DNA of 64,000 nt from Clostridia bacterium (lineage in GTDB: Bacteria; Bacillota; Clostridia; Oscillospirales; CAG-272): positions 1,643 through 65,642 of the forward strand of contig JAFYOX010000089.1 of the NCBI GenBank assembly GCA_017547755.1. The letters run 5' to 3'. The stretch's first letter is position 1, and each line of letters opens with the position of its first letter. The notes beneath the pieces are model-generated. The model made no database searches. It worked only from the letters and a program-made list of their open reading frames with translations, and was not told the origin of the DNA. Shown here piece after piece: positions 62,848 through 64,000 of this stretch. Both the position numbers and the translations under genes were made by a program.

Positions 62848-63669
62848 ATGTACAAGAGAATTTTACTGCTGTGCGATCTGGAAGGCATCAACCACGTGGT
62901 CGGCGTACCGTACGAAGGACTTTTGTCGGGTACGGAACAGTGGGAAATTGCCAGACGTCAGGCGGCGCGGGAACTCAATGCGGCGGCAGACGCGCTGTTC
63001 GAAGCGGGAGTATCGGAAGTTGCCCTGTGGGACAACCACGGCGGCGGAAAGAACATCGATCCCGCGGATCTCGATGAACGGATCGATCTGCTGGATCCGA
63101 AGGGACTTCGGCTCAGTTTTGCCGCAGGGAAATATGACTGCGTGTGCTATTTCGGCTATCACGCGATGGAAGGGACCCTCGGCGGTGTCCTCGCGCACAC
63201 GATGAGCAGCAAAACCGTACAGTATTACAAGCTGAACGGACGCTATATCGGGGAGATCGATATGGATTCCGCGATCACCGCGTCCCACGGAATTCCGTCC
63301 GTCTTTTTCGCAGGCGGCAATCTTGCCTGCGCACAGGCGGAACGTGCGGTCCCGGGGATCGTGACGGTCGTTACAAAACAGGAGCTCTCCCGGAATCAGG
63401 CGGTTTTCCGCGATAACGACGAACTTTTTGCGGAGATCCGGCAGAAGATCACCGAAGCAGTGCGGACGGAAGTGCCGCTTTGTCCGGTGACATTCCCGTG
63501 CGTGATGGAAAAATCGTTCAAGCGCATGGAGGATGCGGCGGCGTATCTCGCCAGACTCCGTTCGCTCGGCATCGAAGCGGAGCATCCGGCGGATGATATC
63601 CTCGGCAGGGATGCCCATACCGTGACCGCGTCGGTCGGCGATATGGAAACGTATATCAAGTGTATATAA
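62848..63669 (+). CDS. M55 family D-aminopeptidase (DppA-like)
   Basis: CDLEGI, ELNAA, DNHGGG, FGYHA, LAHT, IGEI; SD AGGAGG. Confidence 0.85.
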   Translation: MYKRILLLCDLEGINHVVGVPYEGLLSGTEQWEIARRQAARELNAAADALFEAGVSEVALWDNHGGGKNIDPADLDERIDLLDPKGLRLSFAAGKYDCVCYFGYHAMEGTLGGVLAHTMSSKTVQYYKLNGRYIGEIDMDSAITASHGIPSVFFAGGNLACAQAERAVPGIVTVVTKQELSRNQAVFRDNDELFAEIRQKITEAVRTEVPLCPVTFPCVMEKSFKRMEDAAAYLARLRSLGIEAEHPADDILGRDAHTVTASVGDMETYIKCI

Positions 63670-63688
63670 ATAAAAGGGTAGGACCGAT

Positions 63689-64000
63689 ATGAAAAACGAA
63701 ACGGCGGCTCTGCTGTTTTCCGGAACCGACGGTATCCGCGCCGGCTTCGAAAACGGCAGACTGGAAATAAACACCCCTGTTCTCGAGATCCATGTGGACG
63801 GAAACGAAGGATCTCTGGAGGGGAAGAATGTCCGGTGGACATTCGTACAGCCGGAACCGGTTCTGGAGGTGCGTGTGATCCCCGAAAACGGCGGAGAAGC
63901 CGATCCTGCGGGGGTCTCTCTGGAGCTCCGGTACGCAGACGGCACGGAGATCTGGCATCTGTATCCGCATCTTCCGTTTGTCTGCACGGACTGTCATCCG
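63689..64000 (+). CDS. Hypothetical protein, N-terminal part (runs off window)
   Basis: ATG 63689 after a purine-rich SD-like stretch; frame MKNETAALLFSGTDG... stays open to the window end. Confidence 0.55.
   Translation, partial: MKNETAALLFSGTDGIRAGFENGRLEINTPVLEIHVDGNEGSLEGKNVRWTFVQPEPVLEVRVIPENGGEADPAGVSLELRYADGTEIWHLYPHLPFVCTDCHP

Overview
A GC-rich (roughly 55-60% by eye) chromosomal window, most likely from a spore-forming Clostridia-type (Bacillota) anaerobe. This is inferred from spoVAC with a sigma-G-like promoter, class III FBPase, homodimeric GlyQS, lipoproteins and a sortase-like tail. It holds about 45 CDS. Housekeeping genes (glyQS, rsmA, rimM-trmD, ttcA, murI, gdhA, fbp) are interspersed with many carbohydrate-active genes (GH110-, GH20-, GH27-, GH76-, GH92-, GH106- and GH63-like, two phosphoesterases, orphan solute-binding lipoproteins, two glycerol-1-phosphate dehydrogenase paralogs). 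I saw no rRNA, tRNA, CRISPR array, integrase or transposase. The most notable items are: (i) a five-gene hybrid operon joining sugar-importer permeases and a giant binding lipoprotein with exporter parts, namely a MacB-type periplasmic-core protein and an HlyD adaptor with a ~480-residue coiled coil and an AT-rich tip segment, behind an ECF-type promoter; (ii) a zinc-ribbon protein ending in a phytochelatin-like (Glu-Cys)n tail; (iii) a REP/REPIN-like palindromic repeat family at gene 3' ends; (iv) an ECF sigma factor with a large C-terminal extension and an internal start signal; (v) a LamG/phosphodiesterase/mannosidase surface module with a non-canonical APQTFD anchor. All calls come from motif recognition by eye; no database searches were run.
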